Position numbers and translations under genes: made by a program. This document shows positions 20,224 through 28,989 of a stretch of 64,000 bases of DNA, in pieces (the first letter of the stretch is position 1; each line of letters starts with the position of its first letter). The DNA is from a virus (lineage: Duplodnaviria; Caudoviricetes), in IMG/VR virus record IMGVR_UViG_3300021431_000005, positions 1 to 64,000 of that record; one strand, 5' to 3'. The notes beneath the pieces were generated by a model. The model searched no databases. It was not told the origin of the DNA and saw nothing but the letters and a program-made list of their open reading frames with translations.

Positions 20224-20556
20224 ATGACGAGAACACTTATCTTGTTAAAAGTAAAAAAGCGTGACGGAGAAATAGTTTCATTTGATAGTAGCAAAATACG
20301 GAGTGCTGTTCAGAAAGCGTTTAAAGAAGCAGGAGTCGAAAATGATTTGAACGCTGCCGAGTATATTGAAAGAAAGATTATAAGCTATGCGCTCAATGAG
20401 TATTCAGATGACAGTACTCCAATTGACACAGAAGAAATTCAGGATTGGGTGGAAGATGCTCTGCTTGATTTCGATAAAAGAACAGCAAAGGCGTACATAA
20501 AAAACAGGTTTTATCAGGAAATTGAACGCCGATTTCGTTACCTTTTTGAAGTGTGA
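20224..20556 (+). CDS. Stand-alone ATP-cone domain protein
   Basis: VKKRDG..V.FD.SKI..AV.KA...EEIQD.VE..L......AKAYI. Confidence 0.85.
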   Translation: MTRTLILLKVKKRDGEIVSFDSSKIRSAVQKAFKEAGVENDLNAAEYIERKIISYALNEYSDDSTPIDTEEIQDWVEDALLDFDKRTAKAYIKNRFYQEIERRFRYLFEV

Positions 20557-20565
20557 GGTGAGGAT

Positions 20566-20766
20566 ATGAGTGTGATTCTTTATTCTACCGGGTGTCCGAA
20601 ATGTAAGGTGCTTAAAGCGAAGCTTGATTCTAAGGAGATCAAGTACGATGTCGTTGACAATGTAGACGAAATGCTGAGACTGGGTATGACAACTGTGCCT
20701 TGTCTCGGTGTTGATGGAGAAGTGTTGAACTTCAAGGAGAGCGTTGACTATATTAATAGTCTTTAA
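20566..20766 (+). CDS. NrdH/glutaredoxin-like redoxin
   Basis: LYSTGCPKC...TTVP.L.VDG. Confidence 0.85.
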   Translation: MSVILYSTGCPKCKVLKAKLDSKEIKYDVVDNVDEMLRLGMTTVPCLGVDGEVLNFKESVDYINSL

Positions 20767-20788
20767 TTAAGAGAAGGGGATGGTTTAA

Positions 20789-22711
20789 ATGAACATAGAT
20801 ATAAAAACAGACAGAGATTTTGACACGGCACTAAATAGTATGCGTGTTAAGTATGGTGAAGATTTTGAAATACTAAATGGACTTCACCCTTCTCAGATAG
20901 ATTTTTCCAGTTTCATCAAAGGCTTTGTTGATAGCGATGTCGTTGCAAACACCACTATTGATGGCAATGCCAACGCTTCTCATAAAGACATTGTAAGTCT
21001 TGAAGCAGAAAAGGATAAGTCGCTGGATAAGCTGTTCGCTTTTAATAAAATATTTTATGAAATTAAAAAAAAGTATGGCTTGCAGACAGCGAGAGATTGG
21101 CTTGAAACAGAATGGAATGGCGGCTTTTATCTTCATGACGCACCGTCCAGTTCTTACCGACCGTATTGCTATGCGTTCGATTTAACAAGGTTAGCCACCG
21201 AGGGATTGTTCTTTTTAGACGGTTATAACAACCAAGCCCCAAAACATCTAACAACGTTCTTTGACGATGTTATTGAATACATATCATTTTTTTGCAACAG
21301 ATCGTCTGGTGCAGTCGGGCTTCCGAATATATTGATTTGGTCTTTTTATTTTTGGAAGAATGATACTAAAAATAACTATTGCATGAAAAATCCTGAGTAT
21401 TATTTAAGACAAAACTTCCAAAAGTTTATTTACCGACTTAATCAGCCTTTCCTCAGAGTAGACCAGTCTGCTTTTACCAACGTATCTATATTTGACAGAA
21501 ACTACATCGAGGGTTTGTTTGGCGGTGTAGAATATCCCGATGGAACATTTGTTATAGATTACATTGATGAGATAATTGAACACCAGAAAATCTTTATGGA
21601 AGTGGTTTCTGAAATAAGAAGTGAGTGTATGTTTACATTTCCTGTACTTACATATTCTCTACTTTATAAAGATGATAAATTTGTTGACGAAGATTTTGCT
21701 CGTTGGTGTTCGGATCATAATACTAAGTGGAATGATAGTAATTTCTTTATCAGTGATAACGTAGGGGTGCTCTCAAATTGTTGTCGGTTGCTTTCTGATA
21801 CTACTAAACTCGATGCCTTTATTAACAGTATTGGCGGTACAGCTCTTTCAATTGGTAGTGTTAAGGTCAATACAATCAATCTTATGCACATTTTCTATGA
21901 AGTAGGAAACGACGAAAACAAGTATCTTGAACAGTTATCTAAAAGAACAAGTCTCTGTTGTAAGGTATTGGATAGAGTTCGCCACATAATAAAACGCAAC
22001 GTAGAAAAGGGCTTGCTTCCTAATTACTGTGACGGCGGTATAGAAATGTCAAAACAGTATTGTACAGTTGGTATGCTTGGATTATATGAGGTCATTAAAG
22101 CGTTTGGCTATACCAAGATTGATCAGTTTGGCAATATTTCATATACAGATAAAGGACTTGCATTTGCCGAAAAGATTTTTGAAACAATCAATTCAGTAAA
22201 AGATGCTTTTACAAATCAATACTCATTCAATCTTGAGTCAGTCCCTGCGGAGCGAGCTGCGGTTGTGCTTTGTGCGAAGGACAACCTGTTATACAGCACC
22301 GACACCGATACGTTTATTTATTCAAATCAGTGGATTCCGCTTACTGCTAAATGTACCATTCAGGAAAAGCTAAGACTATCTTCTATTCTTGATAAGAAAT
22401 GTGGTGGTGGCGCTATTGCTCATATCAATATTGAGAGTAACTTTCCTAACACAGATGTTGCGTGGGATATGCTTAATGAAATAGCAAGGCAGGGAGTAAT
22501 CTATTTTGCGTTCAATACGAGGATAAACGTATGTAAAAACAGACATGGTTTCGTAGGGACAGATACTTGTCCAAACTGTGGTGAGCCAAAATACGACTCT
22601 TACCAGCGCATAGTTGGATTCCTTGTACCTTCAAAAGCATATTCAAAAGATAGGCTTAAAGAGTTTAATGCTCGTCAGTGGTATTCTTATGCACAACTTA
22701 GAGGTGAATGA
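20789..22711 (+). CDS. nrdD: Anaerobic (class III) ribonucleotide reductase
   Basis: YLHD, PYC, SNCCRL finger loop, VPAE, CKNRH...CPNCG zinc site, RIVGFL glycyl-radical motif. Confidence 0.95.
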   Translation: MNIDIKTDRDFDTALNSMRVKYGEDFEILNGLHPSQIDFSSFIKGFVDSDVVANTTIDGNANASHKDIVSLEAEKDKSLDKLFAFNKIFYEIKKKYGLQTARDWLETEWNGGFYLHDAPSSSYRPYCYAFDLTRLATEGLFFLDGYNNQAPKHLTTFFDDVIEYISFFCNRSSGAVGLPNILIWSFYFWKNDTKNNYCMKNPEYYLRQNFQKFIYRLNQPFLRVDQSAFTNVSIFDRNYIEGLFGGVEYPDGTFVIDYIDEIIEHQKIFMEVVSEIRSECMFTFPVLTYSLLYKDDKFVDEDFARWCSDHNTKWNDSNFFISDNVGVLSNCCRLLSDTTKLDAFINSIGGTALSIGSVKVNTINLMHIFYEVGNDENKYLEQLSKRTSLCCKVLDRVRHIIKRNVEKGLLPNYCDGGIEMSKQYCTVGMLGLYEVIKAFGYTKIDQFGNISYTDKGLAFAEKIFETINSVKDAFTNQYSFNLESVPAERAAVVLCAKDNLLYSTDTDTFIYSNQWIPLTAKCTIQEKLRLSSILDKKCGGGAIAHINIESNFPNTDVAWDMLNEIARQGVIYFAFNTRINVCKNRHGFVGTDTCPNCGEPKYDSYQRIVGFLVPSKAYSKDRLKEFNARQWYSYAQLRGE

Positions 22712-22712
22712 T

Positions 22713-23195
22713 TTGTTAGTAAAGTTAATACAAGACGAGGACTTCATAAATTATCGCAAAGCCTCAATGTTTATTGCCCTCGGTCACTGTGATTGGAAAT
22801 GTTGCAAAGAAGCCAATATACCAATTACGGTTTGTCAAAACTCTGAACTCGCAAAGCAAAAAGAGATTGAAGTATCTGTGGATGAAATATTCCGCAGATA
22901 CATTCAAAATCCAATAACCAAGGCGATTGTTGTCGGAGGACTTGAACCTATGAGTATGGCTGGTAAAGTTCTTGACTTGATAAAGCATTTTAGAGAGAAT
23001 GGCTGTGATGATGACTTTGTGATTTATACTGGCTATTATGCGACAGAAATACCCGCAATCATGACTCAGCTTTTAAAGTATAAGAACATAGTGGTTAAAC
23101 AGGGGCGATTTATCCCTAATCGTCCAAAGCGTTACGATGAAGTTTTGGGAGTAACATTGGCAAGCGACAATCAGTACGCAGAAAGGATAAGCTGA
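22713..23195 (+). CDS. nrdG: Class III RNR activase (radical SAM)
   Basis: CDWKC...CQN, GGLEP, IYTGY, K.GRF, LASDNQ. TTG start after GAGGTG. Confidence 0.85.
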   Translation: MLVKLIQDEDFINYRKASMFIALGHCDWKCCKEANIPITVCQNSELAKQKEIEVSVDEIFRRYIQNPITKAIVVGGLEPMSMAGKVLDLIKHFRENGCDDDFVIYTGYYATEIPAIMTQLLKYKNIVVKQGRFIPNRPKRYDEVLGVTLASDNQYAERIS

Positions 23196-23196
23196 T

Positions 23197-23403
23197 ATGA
23201 ACCTAAAAATCATTCCTAACCCCGATAAAGAAAAAAGAATGGAAGTAGCCAAAGCTGTAAAAGCAAACGACGGCTACTGTCCGTGTGAGTTACAAAAGAA
23301 TCTCGATACAAAATGCAAATGCAAAAACTTCCGTGAACAGGATTATGAGGGAGAGTGTTGTTGCGGCTTGTGGGTAAAGGTGATAGACAATGAAGAACCG
23401 TGA
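23197..23403 (+). CDS. Ferredoxin-thioredoxin reductase catalytic-subunit-like protein
   Basis: GYCPC...CKC...G.CCCGLW: the CPC/CxC/CxC triad of the FTR beta chain. Confidence 0.75.
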   Translation: MNLKIIPNPDKEKRMEVAKAVKANDGYCPCELQKNLDTKCKCKNFREQDYEGECCCGLWVKVIDNEEP

Positions 23404-23581
23404 CTGGTTTTTGAAAACCGCAACGATAGATCGACTTATGAAAATGAACGACAATCTTGTTAAATCAAGTTGTAATACTTCTTGTATCATGAAATGTCTC
23501 GAACCCGAACGAGGCTGTCTATATTACTCATGTTACGAGTGTGTCTGCTCTTGGCTTAACGAAGAACGTAAAAGTAATTGA
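23390..23581 (+). CDS. Small Cys-rich phage protein
   Basis: MKNRDW...C..C...WLNEE. Confidence 0.55.
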   Translation: MKNRDWFLKTATIDRLMKMNDNLVKSSCNTSCIMKCLEPERGCLYYSCYECVCSWLNEERKSN

Positions 23582-23614
23582 TTGTTAGTAGTGGTGGGTG
23601 GGTAGGCAAATACA

Positions 23615-23968
23615 ATGAAAAATATTTATAAATCAAAAGTAGCCAAAGCGTTTTATTTACACAACTTACTCTACAAATTGGAGTATCGGTTGCTCATAAT
23701 TCCGTTTCTAATTACCATTTTAGTTATTATCCCGATAATAGGAGGAGTAAGAGCGAACGAGGACATTTCAGAATTACAATTTGCAATTATATGTCTCAGT
23801 GTACTTTCAGTCGCTATTCTCATTGGAATTATTCCGGGTCTGTATAATGCCAGCTACACAGAAACCGAATTGTCCGACTTTCATTCATTTGCAAGAAAAT
23901 ATTTTGCCAAGCAGAACAAGCGTAAATATAAACGCAGAGAAAGGAAGTATAAGAAATGGCTGACGTGA
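23615..23968 (+). CDS. Two-TM membrane protein
   Basis: Two hydrophobic helices and a basic C-terminus. Confidence 0.6.
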   Translation: MKNIYKSKVAKAFYLHNLLYKLEYRLLIIPFLITILVIIPIIGGVRANEDISELQFAIICLSVLSVAILIGIIPGLYNASYTETELSDFHSFARKYFAKQNKRKYKRRERKYKKWLT

Positions 23969-24159
23969 AATTCTCGACGGATTACGAGAAATTCAAAAAG
24001 CTGTTCAAAGAGATAGATTGTAGGTATCTTATTCATCTCGAACCTGACCGTATTTATATTGAGATTGATCCAATATTAGCCGAGGGCGATTTAGGTGTTG
24101 AGTTTGATAAACAGGGTAAGTTTAAGAGATTTGTGGTAGGGTGGAAAGATAGAAGATGA
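23956..24159 (+). CDS. Small hypothetical protein, homologous to the C-terminal domain of 26058-26822
   Basis: DYEKFKKLFKEID...IEID...FDKQGKFKRFV. Confidence 0.6.
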   Translation: MADVKFSTDYEKFKKLFKEIDCRYLIHLEPDRIYIEIDPILAEGDLGVEFDKQGKFKRFVVGWKDRR

Positions 24160-24192
24160 TACTTTTCACGGACGATACAAAATAAAAGGAGC

Positions 24193-24960
24193 GTGATTCC
24201 AATTAGTCATTACCAGTTACAACAAGGCGACTGTCTTGAACTAATGAAAGAAATTCCAGACAAAAGCATTGATATGATTTTGTGTGATTTGCCTTATGGA
24301 GTGACAAATAATAAAAAAGATTGCTGTTTGCCATTTGACAAGTTATGGAATGAATATCATAGAATTGTTAAAGATAATACTCCGATAGTTCTATTTTCAC
24401 AAGGAACATTCTTCATTGATTTAGTCAATAGTAATCGCAAAGAATTTCGTTATGATTTAATTTGGAACAAAGTTCTTAAAACTGGATTTCTCAATGCAAA
24501 AAGAATGCCATTGAGACAGCATGAACAGATAGCCGTGTTTTATAAAAAGTTGCCTACTTACAATCCTCAATTTACACAAGGTTCTCCATTACATAGCAAA
24601 GGTTCGGCATACAAAAATAAAACATTCACCAATAATAATTATGGAGATTTTAACATAACCGATGATGAACGACAGGGGAGTACAGAAAAATATCCAAATA
24701 GCATCTTAACATTTTCAAAGCCTCATCCGTCAACCTGTGTACATCCGACTCAAAAGCCTGTCGCTTTATTGGAATACTTAATTAAAACGTATACAAACAA
24801 GGGAGATTGGGTGTTGGATAATTGCATGGGGAGTGGTTCAACGGGGGTCGCTTGCGTAAATACCGACAGACCTTTTATAGGTATGGAATTAAATGAAGAT
24901 TATTTTGAGATAGCAAAGGAAAGAATATTCACAACACAAAAGGAGCGTGATTTTAATTAG
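24193..24960 (+). CDS. N6A/N4C DNA methyltransferase (beta class)
   Basis: GDCLELM, DMILCDLPYG, HPTQKPVALLEYLI, VLDNCMGSGSTG. Confidence 0.92.
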   Translation: MIPISHYQLQQGDCLELMKEIPDKSIDMILCDLPYGVTNNKKDCCLPFDKLWNEYHRIVKDNTPIVLFSQGTFFIDLVNSNRKEFRYDLIWNKVLKTGFLNAKRMPLRQHEQIAVFYKKLPTYNPQFTQGSPLHSKGSAYKNKTFTNNNYGDFNITDDERQGSTEKYPNSILTFSKPHPSTCVHPTQKPVALLEYLIKTYTNKGDWVLDNCMGSGSTGVACVNTDRPFIGMELNEDYFEIAKERIFTTQKERDFN

Positions 24961-25030
24961 GTACATGGGTTCAAAGAGCAGGATAGCAAAATACATAGTT
25001 CCTATTTTACAGAAAGAGATTGGGGCAACT
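24947..25030 (+). pseudogene. N-terminal remnant of a D12-class adenine methyltransferase
   Basis: RYMGSKSRIAKYIVPILQ matches the D12 MTase start; similarity is lost after about 25 codons. Confidence 0.55.
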
Positions 25031-25077
25031 GACAAGAGCAGGGCAGTAAAAAAATCAGATACAAAGGAGAATAAATT

Positions 25078-25281
25078 ATGGACACTTATGAATTTAAAGT
25101 CGCACGCGATGAAGTTCTCAAAGGCTTTGTTGAAGCTGAAAGCAAGGCACAGGCAATACAAAAAATATTTAATTTAAGTTGGAATGAAATTATTGATTTG
25201 TATGATTGCGAAGTGTTGTCCAATGGTTATGAGATTTTAGAGATACGGAAGGGTGACTGTGTGACTAATGAGCGGATATAG
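25078..25281 (+). CDS. Hypothetical protein
   Basis: AAGGAG RBS; VEAESK.QA motif. Confidence 0.6.
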   Translation: MDTYEFKVARDEVLKGFVEAESKAQAIQKIFNLSWNEIIDLYDCEVLSNGYEILEIRKGDCVTNERI

Positions 25282-25549
25282 AAGTGTTACATATGACACA
25301 AATCAAGGTGGCTATTATTGGTGTAGTCTGACCGATAATGAATATTTGTCATTTGGATTTGAGGATTATACTCATCGTGCGGGAGAAGTGTTTTTATGCA
25401 GAGGTGATTTTAAAAATGAACTTGAATATAACGATGCCGCTTTGAAAATGCTCGACACTATCAAAAAACAAATGCCAGATTTTTACAGGTCGATTTACGA
25501 CATGGTGTTCGATGTCCCGAGCTGGGACATATTAAAATATAAAAATTAG
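25268..25549 (+). CDS. Hypothetical protein
   Basis: Overlapping co-oriented ORF. Confidence 0.55.
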   Translation: MSGYRSVTYDTNQGGYYWCSLTDNEYLSFGFEDYTHRAGEVFLCRGDFKNELEYNDAALKMLDTIKKQMPDFYRSIYDMVFDVPSWDILKYKN

Positions 25550-25554
25550 GAGGA

Positions 25555-25809
25555 GTGTGGCTGATGGATAGGGTGTATATCATTCCTACAGATGATAAGC
25601 CAGTAAAGATAGTATATGAAAATGATTCTTGTGATAACAAACTTGAAGTCGATGATTTAACCGGAGAGGTGTTTGTAGAAAGACCGCTATCGCCCTCTGA
25701 GAGAGAGTCGTTGTTAAAGCTAATCAATGATGGAATGATAGTTATGCCAAATTTCGGAGCTTATACGTTTGAAACTGATGGGACTACGTTATCCATAAAA
25801 GGAGATTGA
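25555..25809 (+). CDS. Hypothetical protein
   Basis: AGGAGG RBS. Confidence 0.55.
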   Translation: MWLMDRVYIIPTDDKPVKIVYENDSCDNKLEVDDLTGEVFVERPLSPSERESLLKLINDGMIVMPNFGAYTFETDGTTLSIKGD

Positions 25810-25812
25810 TTT

Positions 25813-26061
25813 ATGAACGAAGATAATAGCTTTGTTGTTGATATAGACAATTGGTTTTCTAATGATCCAAGATTAAACGAATACCTCAAAACACACGATT
25901 CTATTTCTATAAGAAAAGAGCTTATAGATAATGGTGAACGTAGACAAGGAGTGTTTACTTTTTATAAAGACAGTAAGGATTGTATGTATACATTAACCAT
26001 TGAAGATTATGAACCATTAGCAATAGAGTTTGGAGATAAAGAGAAAGGGTCGAGAGTATGA
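25813..26061 (+). CDS. Hypothetical protein
   Basis: AAGGAG RBS. Confidence 0.55.
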   Translation: MNEDNSFVVDIDNWFSNDPRLNEYLKTHDSISIRKELIDNGERRQGVFTFYKDSKDCMYTLTIEDYEPLAIEFGDKEKGSRV

Positions 26062-26822
26062 GAGATAATAATACTATAATTACAGTACGCCTTGCCGATA
26101 ATGAAACAGATAGAGATTACGAACGTTTTAGTGTATCAGCCTTACATGATATGGCTAAGTTATACGCCGGGAGAAACGGAGTCATTGGTGAAGATATAAA
26201 TGAAAAGACACAAAGGGGTCGTATTCTTTCATGTGAGGTCAGAACCAACCCCAATAAACTCACAAGGTCAGGTGAAATATACACATACCTTGAAGCAAGA
26301 GTGATTATTCCAAGAACAAATGAAAACGACAAGCTGCTCAATAAATTAATGAATAAAACTCAGAAAGGTTCAATATCTTGTTCGGTTCGGAATAGAGTGT
26401 GTTCGTTGTGCGGTGAAACCGATTGTACGAAACATAAGAAAGGTACATTGTATCATGGTCAGCTTGTAGAGAAAGTACTTAACGATATTATAGAGGTATA
26501 TGAATGGGCGATAGTTAAGCCGTGTGATAATGAAATCACAGAAGATAACTCAAAAGACAGAAGAATTAAACCATCACAACTTAAACCTACAAGACACCCA
26601 CCGATGCCCGATACGACAATCCCTAAAGCAACAATGCCTGATTACGATAAAGTCTGTATGTTGCTTAATGAAATAGGTTGTAAATTTACAAAACAAGGAA
26701 CGATGGAGTCGGGAAACATTCTTACTATAGAAATAGACAGTGAATCCATAATAAGTTTTGGCGGCGTTGCAATAGACTTCTATAACGACGGTTCTTTCAA
26801 GGGGTTTGTTGCTTGCGAATAA
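26058..26822 (+). CDS. Prohead-protease-like domain fused to a small C-terminal domain
   Basis: LADNETDRDYERFS..AL..MA.LY.G...SISCSV..R.CS.CG...C.H..G..Y...YEW, resembling clostridial phage head-maturation protease-like proteins; Pro-rich linker. Confidence 0.5.
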   Translation: MRDNNTIITVRLADNETDRDYERFSVSALHDMAKLYAGRNGVIGEDINEKTQRGRILSCEVRTNPNKLTRSGEIYTYLEARVIIPRTNENDKLLNKLMNKTQKGSISCSVRNRVCSLCGETDCTKHKKGTLYHGQLVEKVLNDIIEVYEWAIVKPCDNEITEDNSKDRRIKPSQLKPTRHPPMPDTTIPKATMPDYDKVCMLLNEIGCKFTKQGTMESGNILTIEIDSESIISFGGVAIDFYNDGSFKGFVACE

Positions 26823-26835
26823 AGGAGATTGAATT

Positions 26836-27108
26836 ATGAACCCAAACGATTTTGTATTTAATAATTATGATTCTGAACACAAAGACTATTGGTTCGATGT
26901 CAAGTCAGGAAGCGAGTCTGAAAAATACCTGACTAAAAAATACATGGAACAGTGTATGGTTTGCATATCGAAAGTCGTTTACTCGAAAGGTGATGGGGCT
27001 TTAGGAGTTGAAAAGTTTTTTCCATTTAATAGATATGTTAGCTTGGTTGAAGATGAAGAATTAAGAGGCATTCTCACTTCACTCATTAACGAAAATCAAT
27101 ACGAATAA
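26836..27108 (+). CDS. Hypothetical protein
   Basis: AAGGAG RBS. Confidence 0.55.
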   Translation: MNPNDFVFNNYDSEHKDYWFDVKSGSESEKYLTKKYMEQCMVCISKVVYSKGDGALGVEKFFPFNRYVSLVEDEELRGILTSLINENQYE

Positions 27109-27133
27109 AAGAAATATTTTATGAGGGATCAAC

Positions 27134-27325
27134 ATGATTAAAACACCAAAGAATGAAATTTTGTGGGTTCAGATATTCGATTTACAGGACAAGCTGACCC
27201 ACGTTATAACCTCAGACCTACACCGAGAAACATACAAGCTCTATCAGGTCAACGGCGATAACTTGACTTACACAAAACACAAGACGACGAATCCATTGGA
27301 TTTAGAAAAATACATACAGAGGTAA
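27134..27325 (+). CDS. Hypothetical protein
   Basis: GAGG RBS. Confidence 0.55.
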   Translation: MIKTPKNEILWVQIFDLQDKLTHVITSDLHRETYKLYQVNGDNLTYTKHKTTNPLDLEKYIQR

Positions 27326-27329
27326 TAAT

Positions 27330-27668
27330 ATGGAATGGTATGTTTATTATGAAAACATAAATCGTAGAACCATTGAAAAGTACAACATTTTCGATCACTA
27401 TATGTTTACGCGAGAATGTATCAAGGCGTTAGAAAACAATCCGACAGATCGTAACGCTTTTGCAGAAGCTGTTAAACATGAACTCATGTTTTACTTTTGG
27501 TCTAAGTGTGAATGGGAAGTGCTAATAACCAGTTGGTTACAGCCATTGGCAAGAAAAGAAACGTGTTTAAAAATTGATGTGTATGAACAGGTAATGCTTA
27601 ACTTTTCACAGTTCATAGATTATCTGTGGTCGCATCAGTTTGAACTTAAAAAGTTAAAAGGAGAGTAA
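27330..27668 (+). CDS. Hypothetical phage protein
   Basis: WYV...YNIF...LMFYFWSKCEWE...KIDVY.Q. Confidence 0.65.
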   Translation: MEWYVYYENINRRTIEKYNIFDHYMFTRECIKALENNPTDRNAFAEAVKHELMFYFWSKCEWEVLITSWLQPLARKETCLKIDVYEQVMLNFSQFIDYLWSHQFELKKLKGE

Positions 27669-27672
27669 TAAA

Positions 27673-28761
27673 ATGAGTTTGTATCTTGATAATTCAGCCA
27701 CAACACCAGTGACAAGACCTGTGCTTGATGCCATGCTACCATATTTTTCTAGTTTGTACGGCAATCCAAGTTCGTCTTACAAATATGGACGAATCGCTAA
27801 AGCGGCGATAAGGCAGGCGAGAAAACAATTTGCAAAGGCTATCAATGCCGAGCCTGAGCAGATATTCTTTACAAGCGGTGCTACTGAAAGCAATAATCTT
27901 GTAAGGCGGTTCTTTGGTAAGAATACTATTTACGCTTCAATATATGAACACCCTTCAATGAGAACTGAACATATTGTGTCTGGTGGAGATGACTTTACAG
28001 CTCAAATAACATCTTGCGCCCATGTAAGCAATACACTTTTGTCATGGCAGTATGTCAATAGTGAAACGGGAATGATATTTCCAATAAAATATATATCAGA
28101 CCTCGCCCATAAAAACATTTCATATTTTCACTCTGACATGACAGCCGCTTTCGGCAAAGTCCCAATAGACGTTGAACATCTTGATGTTGACTTCGCTTCA
28201 TTCAGTGGACACAAGTTTCACGCTCCAAAAGGAATTGGGGTTCTTTACATTAAAGAACCTAAGAAATTCCACTCAGATATTATTGGCGGTGGTCAAGAAT
28301 TTGGTTTGCGTTCAGGAACAGAGAACGTTCCTGCGATAGTAGGAATAGGTAAAGCCGCGGAACTCTATAATTACAGTGAAGAAAAAGAAAAGGCTTGCAA
28401 AATAATCAGAGACAAACTTATCACTCAGCTATGCGCCAAGATGCCATGTGATTTCAAGATTCTTGAAAATAAAAACTTCAACGTTCCAAGCATTTTGAAT
28501 ATTGCTATTCAGGGCGTTGAGGGCGAAAGCGTTGCTCTTATTCTTGACAGCAAAGAGATATTCGTGTCAACTGGTTCTGCCTGCCATAGCAAAAGTCTTG
28601 AAGCAAGCCCAACAGTAAAGAGTTTCAATCTCCCGCCTGAATATGAACATGGAGTAATTAGAATTTCGTTCGGTGACGACTTGACATATTCTGACATAGC
28701 TTATTTTGTAGATGAACTTGCTAGAATTTGTGGAATCCTAAGTAGCATAAGAGGTGAGTGA
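27673..28761 (+). CDS. iscS: Cysteine desulfurase (IscS/NifS family)
   Basis: YLDNSATT, GNPSS, FTSGATESNN, SGHKF (PLP Lys), RSGTENV, STGSAC (catalytic Cys). Confidence 0.93.
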   Translation: MSLYLDNSATTPVTRPVLDAMLPYFSSLYGNPSSSYKYGRIAKAAIRQARKQFAKAINAEPEQIFFTSGATESNNLVRRFFGKNTIYASIYEHPSMRTEHIVSGGDDFTAQITSCAHVSNTLLSWQYVNSETGMIFPIKYISDLAHKNISYFHSDMTAAFGKVPIDVEHLDVDFASFSGHKFHAPKGIGVLYIKEPKKFHSDIIGGGQEFGLRSGTENVPAIVGIGKAAELYNYSEEKEKACKIIRDKLITQLCAKMPCDFKILENKNFNVPSILNIAIQGVEGESVALILDSKEIFVSTGSACHSKSLEASPTVKSFNLPPEYEHGVIRISFGDDLTYSDIAYFVDELARICGILSSIRGE

Positions 28762-28989
28762 ATGAAAGTTTGGATAATCGCTAGACCAAAAGATGGATCA
28801 TGGTTGACTGGTGTTGAATATATGATAAATGACGAAGGTGAATATTTTACCTTTAATACGAAACAGGAAGCCATAGATACTATGAAGAAATACTGCTCAG
28901 AGTCAGAGATTCGCAGTCAAGGAATAATTGTAGCCGACGTTGATTTAGAAGAACTTAAAAACCTAGATGAATTTGAGGTGTTGTGTTAG
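28762..28989 (+). CDS. Hypothetical protein
   Basis: GAGGTG RBS. Confidence 0.55.
   Translation: MKVWIIARPKDGSWLTGVEYMINDEGEYFTFNTKQEAIDTMKKYCSESEIRSQGIIVADVDLEELKNLDEFEVLC

Noticed and set aside
3526-22711. Inteins or introns in dnaB, dnaE or nrdD
   Set aside because: The ORFs are continuous, of ordinary length, and show no intein splice motifs.
27673-28761. DNA phosphorothioation system (DndA)
   Set aside because: No dndB-E or ssp genes recognisable in the window.
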